64,000 nucleotides of DNA from Acidimicrobiia bacterium (GTDB taxonomy: Bacteria > Actinomycetota > Acidimicrobiia > Spongiisociales > ZC4RG35), in assembly GCA_048595045.1 (NCBI GenBank), contig JBMDXS010000069.1:5392-69391 (forward strand), read 5' to 3'. The translations under genes were made by a program, and so were the position numbers. Shown here piece by piece: positions 8,941 to 18,326 of this stretch; the stretch's first letter is position 1; each line of letters starts with the position of its first letter. The notes beneath the pieces are model-generated. The model did not search any database. It was not told where the DNA came from and saw only the letters and a program-made list of their open reading frames with translations.

Positions 8941-9980
8941 GATGAGCCTTTGGTCGAGCGAAGCACCAGCAAGAAGAATGGAGCGCCGATGAAGGCGGTG
9001 ACCACTCCGATAGGCAACTCGGCCGGCGCCACCAGGGTGCGGGCACCGAGGTCGGCGATGATGAGGAACGTGGCGCCCACTGTCAGCGACAGTGGGACGA
9101 TGACCCGGTAACTCCACCCAGTCAGCATGCGGATGATGTGGGGGACGATGATCCCCACGAAGCCGATCAGCCCGCTGACACTGACCGCGGCAGCGGTGGC
9201 CAGGGTGGCGGCTATCACAACGAGCCGACGGACCGCGCTCACGTTCACTCCCAGGCCCACCGCCTCCTCGTCGCCGAGGCCCAGGACGTCGAGCAGCCGA
9301 CGCAGGGCCACGAGCACCGAGCTGGCCACCAACGCATAGGGGAGCAACGACCACACCTCGGCCCACCCAACCGTCACCAGGCGGCCCAGGATCCAGGAGT
9401 ACACCTCGCGCAACGTCTCATAGCTGCGCTGGAGGAGGAAGGTCTGGATGGCGGTTGCGAACGCGGCCACTGCGACGCCGGCCAAGATCAGCGACGTCGT
9501 TGTCCGGCCACCGACCGTCCGGCTCAGCACATAGGTGGCGCCTACGGCCGCCATGCCTCCAACGAAGGCCACGATCGGGATCGCGGCCGGCCCCGCCCCG
9601 GCGCCGATGACCGCGGTTGCCCCCAGACCCGCGCCGGCAGCCACACCGAGGAGATAGGGATCGGCCAATGGGTTCCGGAAGACCCCCTGATAGCCGGCAC
9701 CGGCGACGGCGAGTACGGCCCCCACCAGCCCACCCATCACCACGCGGGGCATCCTGAGATCGAAGAGAAGACGCGTCTGCACCTCGTCGAGGCCGTGCTC
9801 GACGGTGATCAATGGCAGCCGATCGGCCAGGGCCCTGAACACATCGACAGCGTCGAGGGACACCGAACCGGCGAGCAATCCGGCGAGGACCGCGACCAGG
9901 AGGAGCCCCGCCGCGATGAGCCAGCGCCCCGCCCCGATCCGGGCAGGAGCGATCGGGCGGACGCCCACCTTCGCACTCAA
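8937..9980 (-). CDS. FecCD-family ABC transporter permease (BtuC-like)
   Basis: About ten hydrophobic helices. The FecCD motif is present (...LLGVAAGAGLGA...). A TTG or GTG start overlaps the binding-protein stop. Confidence 0.8.
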   Translation of the reverse strand: MSAKVGVRPIAPARIGAGRWLIAAGLLLVAVLAGLLAGSVSLDAVDVFRALADRLPLITVEHGLDEVQTRLLFDLRMPRVVMGGLVGAVLAVAGAGYQGVFRNPLADPYLLGVAAGAGLGATAVIGAGAGPAAIPIVAFVGGMAAVGATYVLSRTVGGRTTTSLILAGVAVAAFATAIQTFLLQRSYETLREVYSWILGRLVTVGWAEVWSLLPYALVASSVLVALRRLLDVLGLGDEEAVGLGVNVSAVRRLVVIAATLATAAAVSVSGLIGFVGIIVPHIIRMLTGWSYRVIVPLSLTVGATFLIIADLGARTLVAPAELPIGVVTAFIGAPFFLLVLRSTKGSS

Positions 9981-10954
9981 GAAGACGGCACGGCGGTGAC
10001 GGACTCGGCGATGGTCCGGAGCAACTCCACCACCTGGGGCCCCCAGTTGGAGGCGAGGTAGGAGTCGAGAGGGACGATGGCCCCGTTCTGGACCGCGGTC
10101 ATCTCCGCCCAGCCGGGTCGTTCCCCGAGGCTCTCGGGGGTGACCCCGAAATCGACGTCGCCGAGATAGATGATGTCCGGATCCTTGCTGACGATGTACT
10201 CCGAGGAGAGCTGGGGAAACCCGCTCCCGTCGTCGGCCTCGTCGGCGATGTTGGTGAGGCCGAGCAGGCCATAGATCTGACCGAGGAAGCTGCCCGAGGT
10301 GGGCGAATACAAGGTGGCATCCACCTCGTGGTAGAAGGAGAGGTCGGCCGGGACGGTGCTGCCGGCCACGATCTCGTCTATGTCCGCCTGCATCCGTGAC
10401 ACGACCTCCGCAGCCTCGTCACCGTGCCCCGTGGCCACCCCCAGGACCTCGAGCTGGGTGTAGGAGTCGTCGAGGCTGGAGGCCGATGGGAGAAGCAACG
10501 TAGGCACCCCAACCGTCTCCAGACCCGAGACGAGATCTCCGGGATCGAACGAGATCACCACCATGTCGGGCTCGTATCCCACGATCGCCTCCAGATTGGG
10601 CGTGAAGCCGGAGAGATCGGTGACCGGAGCCTCGGGTGGGTAGGTCGAGAACTCATCCACGGCGACGACCTGATCACCGGCCCCGATGGCGAACAACATC
10701 TCGGTCGCGGTGGAGGACAGGGAAACGATGTTCCCGGGCCTCGCCTCGATCGTCACCGGTCCGTTTGCAGTGGTCACCTCTATCGGGAATGTCTCCGCCG
10801 GGGCGACACTGGTGGTCGTGTCGGGGGCGGTGGTCGGGGCGGGAGCGACCGTGCTGGTTGTGACGGACGCGGCGACTTCTGCGGTCGCGCCCGCTCCACC
10901 GTCGCCACAAGCGAAGGCGATGAGCACGGTGAGGACCAGGGTGATCCTTCTCAT
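9977..10954 (-). CDS. ABC transporter periplasmic substrate-binding lipoprotein (BtuF/cluster-A type)
   Basis: Starts MRRITLVLTVLIAFACGDGG (lipobox AFAC). It has the class III binding-protein fold typical of BtuF/FhuD. A GGAGGA sits 7 nt upstream of the ATG at 10954. Confidence 0.75.
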   Translation of the reverse strand: MRRITLVLTVLIAFACGDGGAGATAEVAASVTTSTVAPAPTTAPDTTTSVAPAETFPIEVTTANGPVTIEARPGNIVSLSSTATEMLFAIGAGDQVVAVDEFSTYPPEAPVTDLSGFTPNLEAIVGYEPDMVVISFDPGDLVSGLETVGVPTLLLPSASSLDDSYTQLEVLGVATGHGDEAAEVVSRMQADIDEIVAGSTVPADLSFYHEVDATLYSPTSGSFLGQIYGLLGLTNIADEADDGSGFPQLSSEYIVSKDPDIIYLGDVDFGVTPESLGERPGWAEMTAVQNGAIVPLDSYLASNWGPQVVELLRTIAESVTAVPSS

Positions 10955-10959
10955 ATGAA

Positions 10960-11150
10960 ACATCCTCCGTCGATCGGAGGATGAAGAGGCCGGTGGCTTC
11001 CCTGAGCCCACGCTTCCGTCTTCATCCGAGACTTTCGTCGTGGCCCTGGAGCTCAGGCGACCTGGCTCGTCCTCCCGGGGGAGGCTTCACAGTTGCGGGA
11101 CAGCATCGGATTCCAACCGGCTTTCGCTGTCTCCGGGGCACCCGCTGCAT
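10960..11150 (-). promoter_or_regulatory. Cobalamin (AdoCbl) riboswitch in the 5' leader of the btuF-like/permease/ATPase/cobO operon
   Basis: Read on the minus strand: GGGTGCCCCGGAGACAGCGAAAGCCGGTTGGAATCCGATGCTGTCCCGCAACTGTGAAGCC. This matches the conserved GGTGCC...GGGAA..GGTGnnAATCC...CCCGCnACTGTGA (B12 box) core. It is followed by a hairpin that pairs the SD GGAGGA with UCCUCC (10962-10982). Confidence 0.6.
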
Positions 11151-11239
11151 GACAGTGGGCCCGGCCATGATAGCCGGGCCCACCGGGAGGAGCCTGTCTC
11201 CCCCTCATCGAGGGAGCACTGCCCATAGGAGTCCGAGGA

Positions 11240-12514
11240 TCAGTCGAGGTTCACCGGACGCTCGCCCAGCGTCACCGAGATGGTGCTTGGCTCCCCATCC
11301 CGAACCACCTCCAGGTCGACGGTGTCGCCCGGCTGGTGGGTCTGGATCTGGGCGGCGAGGTCGCCACCACTCTGCACGGGAGCGCCATCGATCGAGATGA
11401 CCAGGTCCCCGGGCTGGAGACCGGCCTCAGCCGCGCCGGTGCCGGCTGTGACCTCTTCGACGAGGGCGCCCGCCTGCCCGGTCTCGACGACGCCGAGGGA
11501 CACACCGAGATAGGCAGACTGGATCTCCTCGCCGGCCACCACCCGCTCGGCGATGTCATGGGCGATGTCGATCGGGACCGCGAAGCCCACACCGTCATTT
11601 GCCCCGGAGAGGCTGAATATGGAGACGTTGATCCCGATGACCCGGCCTTCACGATCGACCAGCGGGCCCCCGGAGTTACCGGGGTTGATGGCGGCATCGG
11701 TCTGCAGCACGGCCCGAGCCGACCCGCCCTGCGGGATTGCCTGGTCCACAGCCGAGATGATCCCTGCGGTCACGGTGCCCTGGAGGCCCCACGGGCTCCC
11801 CACCGCTATGGCCATCTGGCCGACCTCAGGGTCGTCATCGAGCGCCAGTTCCGCCGCGGGGAGACCGGTGCGGTCGACCTGGACGACGGCAACGTCGGCA
11901 CCTGCTGTGCCTCCCACGACGGTCCCTTCGACCTGCTCGCCGTCTGCGAACCGAACCGTGACGGTCTCCTGACCGGACACGACATGAGCCGCGGTGAGGA
12001 TGAGCCCGTTCGAGTCGTAGATGACACCGGAGCCGACACCAGAGTTGGGGCCTGAACCGGTCTGGATCTGGACCACGGAGGGCAGGATCACCGCGGCCGC
12101 ATCGGCGACCGGCTCCTCGCCAGGAACCAGATCCTGCGCCGCGCTCTCCGCCTGGCTCTCATCGGCTGGCTCGGCATCCTGCGCCACCACCTCGGGGCCG
12201 TCTCCGTCGAGCGTCATGACCAGATATGTGGCCGCCGAAGACCCGATCACCAACAGAAGGGCGAGCAGGCCCACCAACCAGGGTGAGACCCTGCCCGACG
12301 CGCGGCGGGACGTCGATGGGTCTATTTGCGTGGCAGGGGGTGGGGCCGTCGGGCTGGGCGGGATATGCCGGGTCGGCTCGACCGCCTCAGGTGTCTCGGC
12401 CTGAGTCACGGGCTCCTGAGTGGCTACCGGGCTCTGCGCCGGCTCACCAATTGGAGCAACTGTCTCTTGGCTCGGAGCGCCGGTAGCGCCCTGGGTCGTG
12501 TCTTCATTGCTCAT
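11240..12514 (-). CDS. HtrA/DegP-family trypsin-like serine protease with C-terminal PDZ domain (PepD-like)
   Basis: GNSGGPLVDREGRVIGINVSIF (catalytic Ser region), a His/Asp region TAAHVV, and a C-terminal PDZ. An N-terminal TM segment follows a low-complexity region. The ATG at 12514 is preferred over 12565, which would overlap the kinase gene. Confidence 0.8.
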   Translation of the reverse strand: MSNEDTTQGATGAPSQETVAPIGEPAQSPVATQEPVTQAETPEAVEPTRHIPPSPTAPPPATQIDPSTSRRASGRVSPWLVGLLALLLVIGSSAATYLVMTLDGDGPEVVAQDAEPADESQAESAAQDLVPGEEPVADAAAVILPSVVQIQTGSGPNSGVGSGVIYDSNGLILTAAHVVSGQETVTVRFADGEQVEGTVVGGTAGADVAVVQVDRTGLPAAELALDDDPEVGQMAIAVGSPWGLQGTVTAGIISAVDQAIPQGGSARAVLQTDAAINPGNSGGPLVDREGRVIGINVSIFSLSGANDGVGFAVPIDIAHDIAERVVAGEEIQSAYLGVSLGVVETGQAGALVEEVTAGTGAAEAGLQPGDLVISIDGAPVQSGGDLAAQIQTHQPGDTVDLEVVRDGEPSTISVTLGERPVNLD

Positions 12515-12526
12515 GTATCTGTGAAA

Positions 12527-12550
12527 CCTCCTACCCGTCACGGTAGGAGG
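12527..12550 (-). terminator. Perfect 9-bp hairpin (CCTCCTACC-N6-GGTAGGAGG) between the kinase stop and the htrA start. It is a possible terminator or SD-sequestering structure.
   Basis: The palindrome is seen directly. On the minus strand it is followed by UUUCAC. Its 3' arm contains the AGGAGG that would serve as the htrA SD. Confidence 0.35.
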
Positions 12551-12557
12551 CATGACA

Positions 12558-13709
12558 TCAACCACTTGTAAAGGGCGAAGAGACAGGGGCGGGCCCGTCG
12601 GTATCCGGTCCGGGAAGCCAGACGGTCATCGTCGTCCCCTCCCCTTCGGGCCCAGGCGCGGACACGAGCGAGCCCTCATGCGCCTCGGCGATCTGCTCGA
12701 CGATGGATAGCCCAAGACCGATGCGCCCACCCTCGGGCTCTTCCGGGAGACCCGGGCCTTGATCGGTGACCGCCATCCACGCCCAGCCATCCTTCACGCC
12801 CGAGCCGATCCTGATCGTCGAGCCGGGGTGGGAGACGACGATTGCGTTGTCGAGCAGGTTGGTGAGGGCGCGGTCCAGGGACACCACCACACCTTCGACC
12901 AGCGCCGGCGAGGTGTCGATCACCAACGAGATGCCCTTCTCGGCCAGCGGCTTGGAGAATTCGGCGCCTTTGGACCTGACCAGATCGTCCAGGCTCAATG
13001 CCACGGCCTGCGCCTTCCCTGTCTGGAGCCTTGCCGTGGCGAGGAGCCCGTCGATCATCTCGGACATCTTCTCGGCGTTTCGCTGGACGATCCCGCCGAC
13101 CTCCCGCCAGTCCGAGACGCTGGCCGCGTCGTCGTCGGTGACGACCTCCACGTTGGACCTGATCACCGCCAGCGGGGTGCGCAGGTCATGACTCGTGTCG
13201 GCCAGGAAACGTCGCTGGCTGGAAAAAGCTCGATCGAGACGTTCCAGCATCCCATCGAACGTGGCCGCAAGGCGAGTGATCTCGTCATCAGGGCCCTCGA
13301 GCCCGATGCGACGACTGAGGTCAGATGCCTGGATGTCACGGGCCACGTTGGTGATCTCCTCCACGGGCTTCAGCACTCGGCCCGACATCACCCAGCCCAC
13401 CACCATGCTGAGGAGGAACAGCGCAGCCAGGGCCAGAAGCGTGGCCTTGGCCACCTGGTTGAGGACGATCTCGTTGTAGACCGACTCGATCAGCCGCACT
13501 TCACGGGCGGCAAGGGTGGGGATCACCCCCAGCTCCACCCCGTCGACCACCACAGGACGGCCGCTCCAGACGTACTGGGTCATGGTCTGGGTCCGCAGCC
13601 AGTTGCGCAGGACCAGGTAGACCAGGCCGAGCAGGGCGCCTCCCAGGCCGAACACGATGGCCGAATACTGAACGGAGAGCCTGAAGCGGAGGGAGTTCCA
13701 GGTCCGCAT
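12558..13709 (-). CDS. Two-component sensor histidine kinase (MprB/CseC-like)
   Basis: Two TM segments, a HAMP domain, an H-box LADTSHDLRTPL and an ATPase G-box GLGLSIV. The ATG at 13709 overlaps the response-regulator stop as TGATG. Confidence 0.8.
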   Translation of the reverse strand: MRTWNSLRFRLSVQYSAIVFGLGGALLGLVYLVLRNWLRTQTMTQYVWSGRPVVVDGVELGVIPTLAAREVRLIESVYNEIVLNQVAKATLLALAALFLLSMVVGWVMSGRVLKPVEEITNVARDIQASDLSRRIGLEGPDDEITRLAATFDGMLERLDRAFSSQRRFLADTSHDLRTPLAVIRSNVEVVTDDDAASVSDWREVGGIVQRNAEKMSEMIDGLLATARLQTGKAQAVALSLDDLVRSKGAEFSKPLAEKGISLVIDTSPALVEGVVVSLDRALTNLLDNAIVVSHPGSTIRIGSGVKDGWAWMAVTDQGPGLPEEPEGGRIGLGLSIVEQIAEAHEGSLVSAPGPEGEGTTMTVWLPGPDTDGPAPVSSPFTSG

Positions 13710-14389
13710 CAGTCCCCCAGCCTGTATCCCCGGCCCGGCACGGTCTCGATGAGCGGTGGATCTCCCAGCTTCTTGCGAAGGTTGCTCACGGTGACCCGGA
13801 CCACGTTCGTCATCGGGTCGGCCATCTCGTCCCAAACGTGCTCCAGCAGGTGCTCCTGACCGAGCACCTGCCCGGCATGTGACATGAAGTAGTGGAGCAA
13901 GGAGAACTCCTTGGCGGTCAGCACCAGCACAGCACCGTCCCTGCTCGCCTCGAAACGAGCCGGGTCGAGTCGTAGTGGCCCGACCTCGAGCACCGGGTCG
14001 GCACGCTCCTCCCGGCGCAACAACGCTCGCACCCTCGCCGACAATTCGGCGAAGGCGAATGGCTTGACCAGATAGTCATCGGCACCGGAGTCGAGCCCGG
14101 TCACCCGATCCTCCACCCCATCTCTGGCGGTGAGCATCAGGATCCTCGGCCGCTCCCCCTCGAGGGTGGGCAACTCTCCGCTCACCAGTTGCCTGCACAG
14201 GGTGATCCCGGAGCCGTCGGGAAGGCTCCAGTCGAGGCAAACCAGGTCGTATCCGCCGGTGCGGAGCTTCATGTCGGCATCCACCGCGGTGAGGGCGACA
14301 TCGACTGCGTGACCGTCCCGGCGCAGCCCTCTGGCGATGGCGTTGGCCAAATCGGGCTCATCTTCGACAACTAACAGACGCACTTCCAT
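13709..14389 (-). CDS. OmpR-family response regulator (MprA/CseB-like)
   Basis: MEVRLLVVEDEPDLANAIARGL...VLMLTARD is a receiver domain. A winged-helix domain (...VRVTVSNLRKKL...GRGYRL) follows. Confidence 0.85.
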   Translation of the reverse strand: MEVRLLVVEDEPDLANAIARGLRRDGHAVDVALTAVDADMKLRTGGYDLVCLDWSLPDGSGITLCRQLVSGELPTLEGERPRILMLTARDGVEDRVTGLDSGADDYLVKPFAFAELSARVRALLRREERADPVLEVGPLRLDPARFEASRDGAVLVLTAKEFSLLHYFMSHAGQVLGQEHLLEHVWDEMADPMTNVVRVTVSNLRKKLGDPPLIETVPGRGYRLGD

Positions 14390-14498
14390 CCAAGCTAGGT
14401 GGCAGCCGGTAACGAATCGATAAACCGAGAGATCAGACCGGTCGGCCACCAGTATGGGTCTTTAGACCCAACTCATTGCGAAACCGGATGACGATTAT

Positions 14499-14696
14499 GT
14501 GAGTCGAAGAGATAGGAACATGGTCGTTACATTCATAACCGAAGATCAAGACGGATTTCACACCTACACGGGCCACGTGGTCTCACGTGGGCCCTCCACC
14601 ATCGTGGTGATGCTCACCGAGCCCTTCAGCATGGCGGGCAGATCGGTGCAGTTCCCCATGACGACGGTGGTCGAAGAGAAATTGGTATCAGCCTGA
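14499..14696 (+). CDS. Hypothetical small protein (65 aa) in a locally AT-richer intergenic region
   Basis: ORF only. Codon bias is moderate and no motif is recognised. Confidence 0.25.
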   Translation: MSRRDRNMVVTFITEDQDGFHTYTGHVVSRGPSTIVVMLTEPFSMAGRSVQFPMTTVVEEKLVSA

Positions 14697-14748
14697 GCTG
14701 CGCGTCGGCTCCCACCCGTCCGGAGCCGGGTCACCGGGAGATTCCGAC

Positions 14749-15012
14749 GTGTTTCTAGACGCCTCCACCTGGCAGGCTCTGGCCATAATCGGCGCCGTCG
14801 GTGGCATAGCCGGGCTGATCGCCGGGTTCTTGGCCAGCGCCGACAACCTTCTCGGCTCGGTCCTCATGGGCATCATCGGTGGAATCGTCGGGTCGACAAT
14901 CATGAGGATCGTCGGCGCTCCGTCGATCGCCTACGTCGGTGACAACTTCTCGCTCGTCTGGGCGGCCGCAGGCGGCCTGCTTCTCGGCTACGTGGTGGGG
15001 CGCTCCAGCTGA
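14749..15012 (+). CDS. GlsB/YeaQ/YmgE-family transglycosylase-associated small membrane protein
   Basis: 87 aa with three Gly-rich TM segments (IIGAVGGIAGLIAGF...GIIGGIVGS). Confidence 0.7.
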   Translation: MFLDASTWQALAIIGAVGGIAGLIAGFLASADNLLGSVLMGIIGGIVGSTIMRIVGAPSIAYVGDNFSLVWAAAGGLLLGYVVGRSS

Positions 15013-15048
15013 CGGCGCGGGCTTCGGCGCGCCGCCGTCCCTCCTCGC

Positions 15049-16332
15049 CTATTCGGCACTGTCCATCGCCGTGATCTCAACCTCGCCGACCCGTCGACCC
15101 TCGGTGCTCCGCACCTTCAATCGCCAACCGGTGTCCTCGATGACGTCACCCCGGCGGGGGACACGACCCAGACGGTCCATCACGAGGCCCCCGATCGTCT
15201 CGTAGTCACCAGACGGCAGACTGACCCCGAAGCGGGCCAGCTCATCCGGGCGCACCGTGCCGGAAGCAACGATGCGGCCGCTCGCCTCGACCGAGACCGG
15301 TCGGGAGCGAGGGTCGTACTCGTCGGCTATCTCCCCCACTAGCTCTTCCGCGATGTCCTCCATCGTGATGATCCCGGCGGTGCTGCCATGCTCGTCGACA
15401 ACGACGGCGAGATGGGTACGGGCCTCCCGCATGTCGTCGAGCACCGACCTGAGTCGCGCCGTCTCGGGCACGACAAGGGGCACGCGCAACGAGGAGGCCG
15501 GCAGAGACGCTTGCCGATCTACGGTGTCGGCCATCAGGTCTTTGACGTGGACCAATCCGACGATCTCATCGATGTTCCCGGCATAGAGAGGGATCCTGGA
15601 GTGCCCGGTGGCCCTCATCAGCTCCTGGATGCCTGAAACAGGGGTATCGGCCGCCACAGCCTGGACGTCTGGCCTGGGCACCATCACCTCTGAGGCATCG
15701 AGGTCTCCGAAGGTGATTGCCCCGGTCAGCAGTCGATGGGCGAAATCTTCGATCACCCCCTCCTTACGGCCCGTGCCGATGATGACGGCCAGGTCTTCGG
15801 CCGAGTGACCGACCTCCAGCGCATCGGTCGGGGGGACCCCAAACAGCCTGAGGACTCCATTGGCACTGCCGTTGAGCAGCCAGATCAACGGCTTGAAGAC
15901 GATGATGAAGGCGCGGAAGGGAAGGGCCAGTGCAACTGCGGTCCGTTCCGGGGCGGAGATCGTGATGTTCTTCGGGGCCATCTCCCCTATGACCATGTGC
16001 AGGAACACGACGATCAGGAGCGCGATCACCAGCGAGATCCAATGGATCACGCTCTCGGAGAGAGGCAGAGGTCCGAGTATGAGCTCGAAGATCGTGGCCA
16101 CCGCCGGCTCGGCGACCGCACCCAGGACCAGGGAGGCCATGGTGATCCCGAGCTGGGCTGCGGCCAGGCTGAGAGTGAGATTCTTGTTGAGGCCCGCCGC
16201 AACTTGTGCCGATCGCGTGGGGATCTGCTCGAGAAGGTTGCGGCGAGCGGTGATGTAGGCGAACTCGGCGGCGACGAAGAACCCGTTCGCCAGGAGCAAG
16301 AGCACCAGCCAGAGGAGTGCCGACCAGTTCAA
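15049..16332 (-). CDS. CNNM/CorC/HlyC-family transporter (DUF21 + CBS pair + CorC_HlyC)
   Basis: N-terminus [25 protein letters not shown] (DUF21). CBS domains follow, then a C-terminal CorC domain. Confidence 0.85.
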   Translation of the reverse strand: MNWSALLWLVLLLLANGFFVAAEFAYITARRNLLEQIPTRSAQVAAGLNKNLTLSLAAAQLGITMASLVLGAVAEPAVATIFELILGPLPLSESVIHWISLVIALLIVVFLHMVIGEMAPKNITISAPERTAVALALPFRAFIIVFKPLIWLLNGSANGVLRLFGVPPTDALEVGHSAEDLAVIIGTGRKEGVIEDFAHRLLTGAITFGDLDASEVMVPRPDVQAVAADTPVSGIQELMRATGHSRIPLYAGNIDEIVGLVHVKDLMADTVDRQASLPASSLRVPLVVPETARLRSVLDDMREARTHLAVVVDEHGSTAGIITMEDIAEELVGEIADEYDPRSRPVSVEASGRIVASGTVRPDELARFGVSLPSGDYETIGGLVMDRLGRVPRRGDVIEDTGWRLKVRSTEGRRVGEVEITAMDSAE

Positions 16333-17582
16333 CCGGCGTCCTCCTCTTGGGTGGTGTCCCTGGTGACCCGCACCTGGTCCACCCGATGGCCATCCATCGA
16401 GAGCACCTCGAAGACCGTGTCACCCACACGGACGGTCTCCCCTGGGGCGGGGAACCTGCCCAGGCTGGCCACGATGAAGCCTCCGAGAGTCTCGTATCGG
16501 CCCTCCGGCCACTCCAGGCCAATCAGCTCTTCGACCTCGTGTCGGTGGAGGAGGCCGGAGAGGACCTCCACCTCCTCGGACGGCTCGCCGATCGTGGTCT
16601 CAGGGTCGTACTCGTCTTCGATCTCCCCGAAGATCTCCTCGAGCAGGTCCTCTATGGTGACGATTCCGGCTGTGCCCCCGTATTCGTCCACGACTACGGC
16701 CATTCCGCGGCCTTCGGTCTGGAGCCGGGTCAGGAGGTATTCGAGGGTGCTCGACTCCGGGACCTGAAGGGCGGGCTTCGAGATCTCCCCGACCGGGGTG
16801 ACCGGGACCCGTGACTCGGGCACGTTGAAGCTGTCCTTGACGTGGACCACCCCGACGATGTCGTCGAGATCTTCGTCAAACACCGGGAAGCGGGAATGAC
16901 CGGTCGCGGCCGAGGCCCGTCGCAACTCCGTGATCGAGTCATGGCGACTGAGGCCCGCAACCGACACCCGAGGAACCATGGCGTCGGCGGCTACTTTCTC
17001 GGTGAAGGTGATGGCACGAGTGAGCAGCTCCAGCTCGTCGTCGTCGAGACGGCCCTCCTCGCCTGACGACCGGATCATGAGCTCGAGTTCCTCCATAGAA
17101 CGGACACCGGCCAGCTCCTCCCTCGGTTCGATGCCCAACTTGCGCACCGTCCAGTTGGCGGACTCGTTGAGGAAGAGGATGAGCGGCCGAATCAGACGAT
17201 TGAGGACCTGCAGCGGGATCGCGAACCACACCGCGGAGAAATAGGGCCGGGCGATGGCCAGGTTCTTGGGAACGAGCTCGCCGAACACCATGGCTCCGCC
17301 GGTGGCGAGGATGAAAGCAATCACCAACGAGACGACCGGGGCTGCGGTCACCGACAAGAACGGGACCGACGACACGAGTGGCTCTATGAGCGCGGCGACG
17401 GTGGGCTCGGCAATGGCGCCGAGGATGAGCGAGGTGAGCGTGATTCCCAGCTGGGCTCCGGACAATTCGAACGACAGGTTTCGCAGCGAGCCGAGAATCC
17501 GGCGCGCCGGCCGTTCACCGTCCTGCGCCTTGCGCTCGACGTTGCTGCGATCGACTGCGACGAGGGCGAACTCGGCCGCCAC
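16329..17582 (-). CDS. CNNM/CorC/HlyC-family transporter, a tandem paralog of the gene at 15049-16332. The listed GTG start at 17582 lacks TM1; the true start is probably upstream near 17642.
   Basis: Same domain order as 15049-16332. The in-frame upstream sequence encodes ...[21 protein letters not shown], which aligns to TM1 of the paralog. No ATG/GTG/TTG is available there. An ATT at 17642 has a GGAGA 6 nt upstream. Confidence 0.8.
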   Translation of the reverse strand: MAAEFALVAVDRSNVERKAQDGERPARRILGSLRNLSFELSGAQLGITLTSLILGAIAEPTVAALIEPLVSSVPFLSVTAAPVVSLVIAFILATGGAMVFGELVPKNLAIARPYFSAVWFAIPLQVLNRLIRPLILFLNESANWTVRKLGIEPREELAGVRSMEELELMIRSSGEEGRLDDDELELLTRAITFTEKVAADAMVPRVSVAGLSRHDSITELRRASAATGHSRFPVFDEDLDDIVGVVHVKDSFNVPESRVPVTPVGEISKPALQVPESSTLEYLLTRLQTEGRGMAVVVDEYGGTAGIVTIEDLLEEIFGEIEDEYDPETTIGEPSEEVEVLSGLLHRHEVEELIGLEWPEGRYETLGGFIVASLGRFPAPGETVRVGDTVFEVLSMDGHRVDQVRVTRDTTQEEDAG

Positions 17583-17755
17583 GAAGAAGCCAGTGAGCAG
17601 GATGAGGAGGAGGACCGCGGCCAGCCCCAGGAACGTGCTAATCGATTGTCTCCGGGCTCACGGTTCGAACAAGGATAAATCGGGCCGAGAGCTCGGTGGT
17701 TTGTTCAACCTGGAGCCGTGGTAATTGCCTGCTCCGAGAGGGAAGGAGAAGGCCA

Positions 17756-17938
17756 ATGAGCAACGATAGAGACCGCGAGATCATCGTCACCGACACCAGG
17801 AGTGGTGGGAATTTCGGCATGATCGTCGCCGGGGCCCTGATTGCCATCGCGTTGGTGCTGGGGATCTGGTACCTGGTCAACAACACCTCGGACGAGACCC
17901 TCCCCGACGAGGTCGAGGTAACCGTCGTCCAGGAGTAG
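17756..17938 (+). CDS. Small membrane protein (60 aa, single TM)
   Basis: AGGGAAGGAGAAGG lies upstream of the ATG at 17756. A TM segment GMIVAGALIAIALVLGIWYLV is present. Its stop TAG abuts the next ATG. Confidence 0.45.
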   Translation: MSNDRDREIIVTDTRSGGNFGMIVAGALIAIALVLGIWYLVNNTSDETLPDEVEVTVVQE

Positions 17939-18316
17939 ATGGCCCGTCTCGAACCGGTCATGCCTGAGTACCTCGTCAACGAGGCGGCGGTGGCACACGC
18001 CGAAGAGATGATCGCCGGCCGCCGCTATGTGGTGCGGAGCGAGTGGTCCGACGTCCAGCCCAGTGCGGCTGACGAGAACGAATACCTCGAGCGTGCTGGT
18101 TGGGGCGCCTACTCGCGGTGGCATCTCGGCTTGACCGACGGTGCCGGGGAGGAGACGAAGGCGCGATACGCATTCGTCTTCGGTGACTTCCGACGGCTCC
18201 ATCGCAGCGGGCTGATGGCGTGCCGCTTCCGGGCGACGCAGTGGGATCACAAGGAGATCGAGTTGGCCGCCCACGACCTGATCCAAAAGCTCGATTCCCG
18301 ACGGGGCAAAAGGTAG
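17939..18316 (+). CDS. Hypothetical cytoplasmic protein (125 aa), translationally coupled to the preceding small membrane protein
   Basis: ORF with balanced composition. The junction is TAGATG. No family is recognised. Confidence 0.45.
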   Translation: MARLEPVMPEYLVNEAAVAHAEEMIAGRRYVVRSEWSDVQPSAADENEYLERAGWGAYSRWHLGLTDGAGEETKARYAFVFGDFRRLHRSGLMACRFRATQWDHKEIELAAHDLIQKLDSRRGKR

Positions 18317-18326
18317 CCCTGTCGCG

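Noticed and set aside
8941-9366. N-terminal 130 aa of the 393-aa ORF listed at 8185-9366 (Arg/Pro/Gly/His-rich).
   Set aside because: It overlaps the permease gene in another frame and has a low-complexity GC-bias composition. The ABC ATPase domain starts cleanly at the GTG at 8940, which overlaps the permease stop.
9138-10061. 307-aa plus-strand ORF antisense to the permease and binding-protein genes.
   Set aside because: Rich in Arg, Gly, His and Asp with no motifs. It is a typical antisense ORF in GC-rich DNA. The minus-strand genes have clear transporter signatures.
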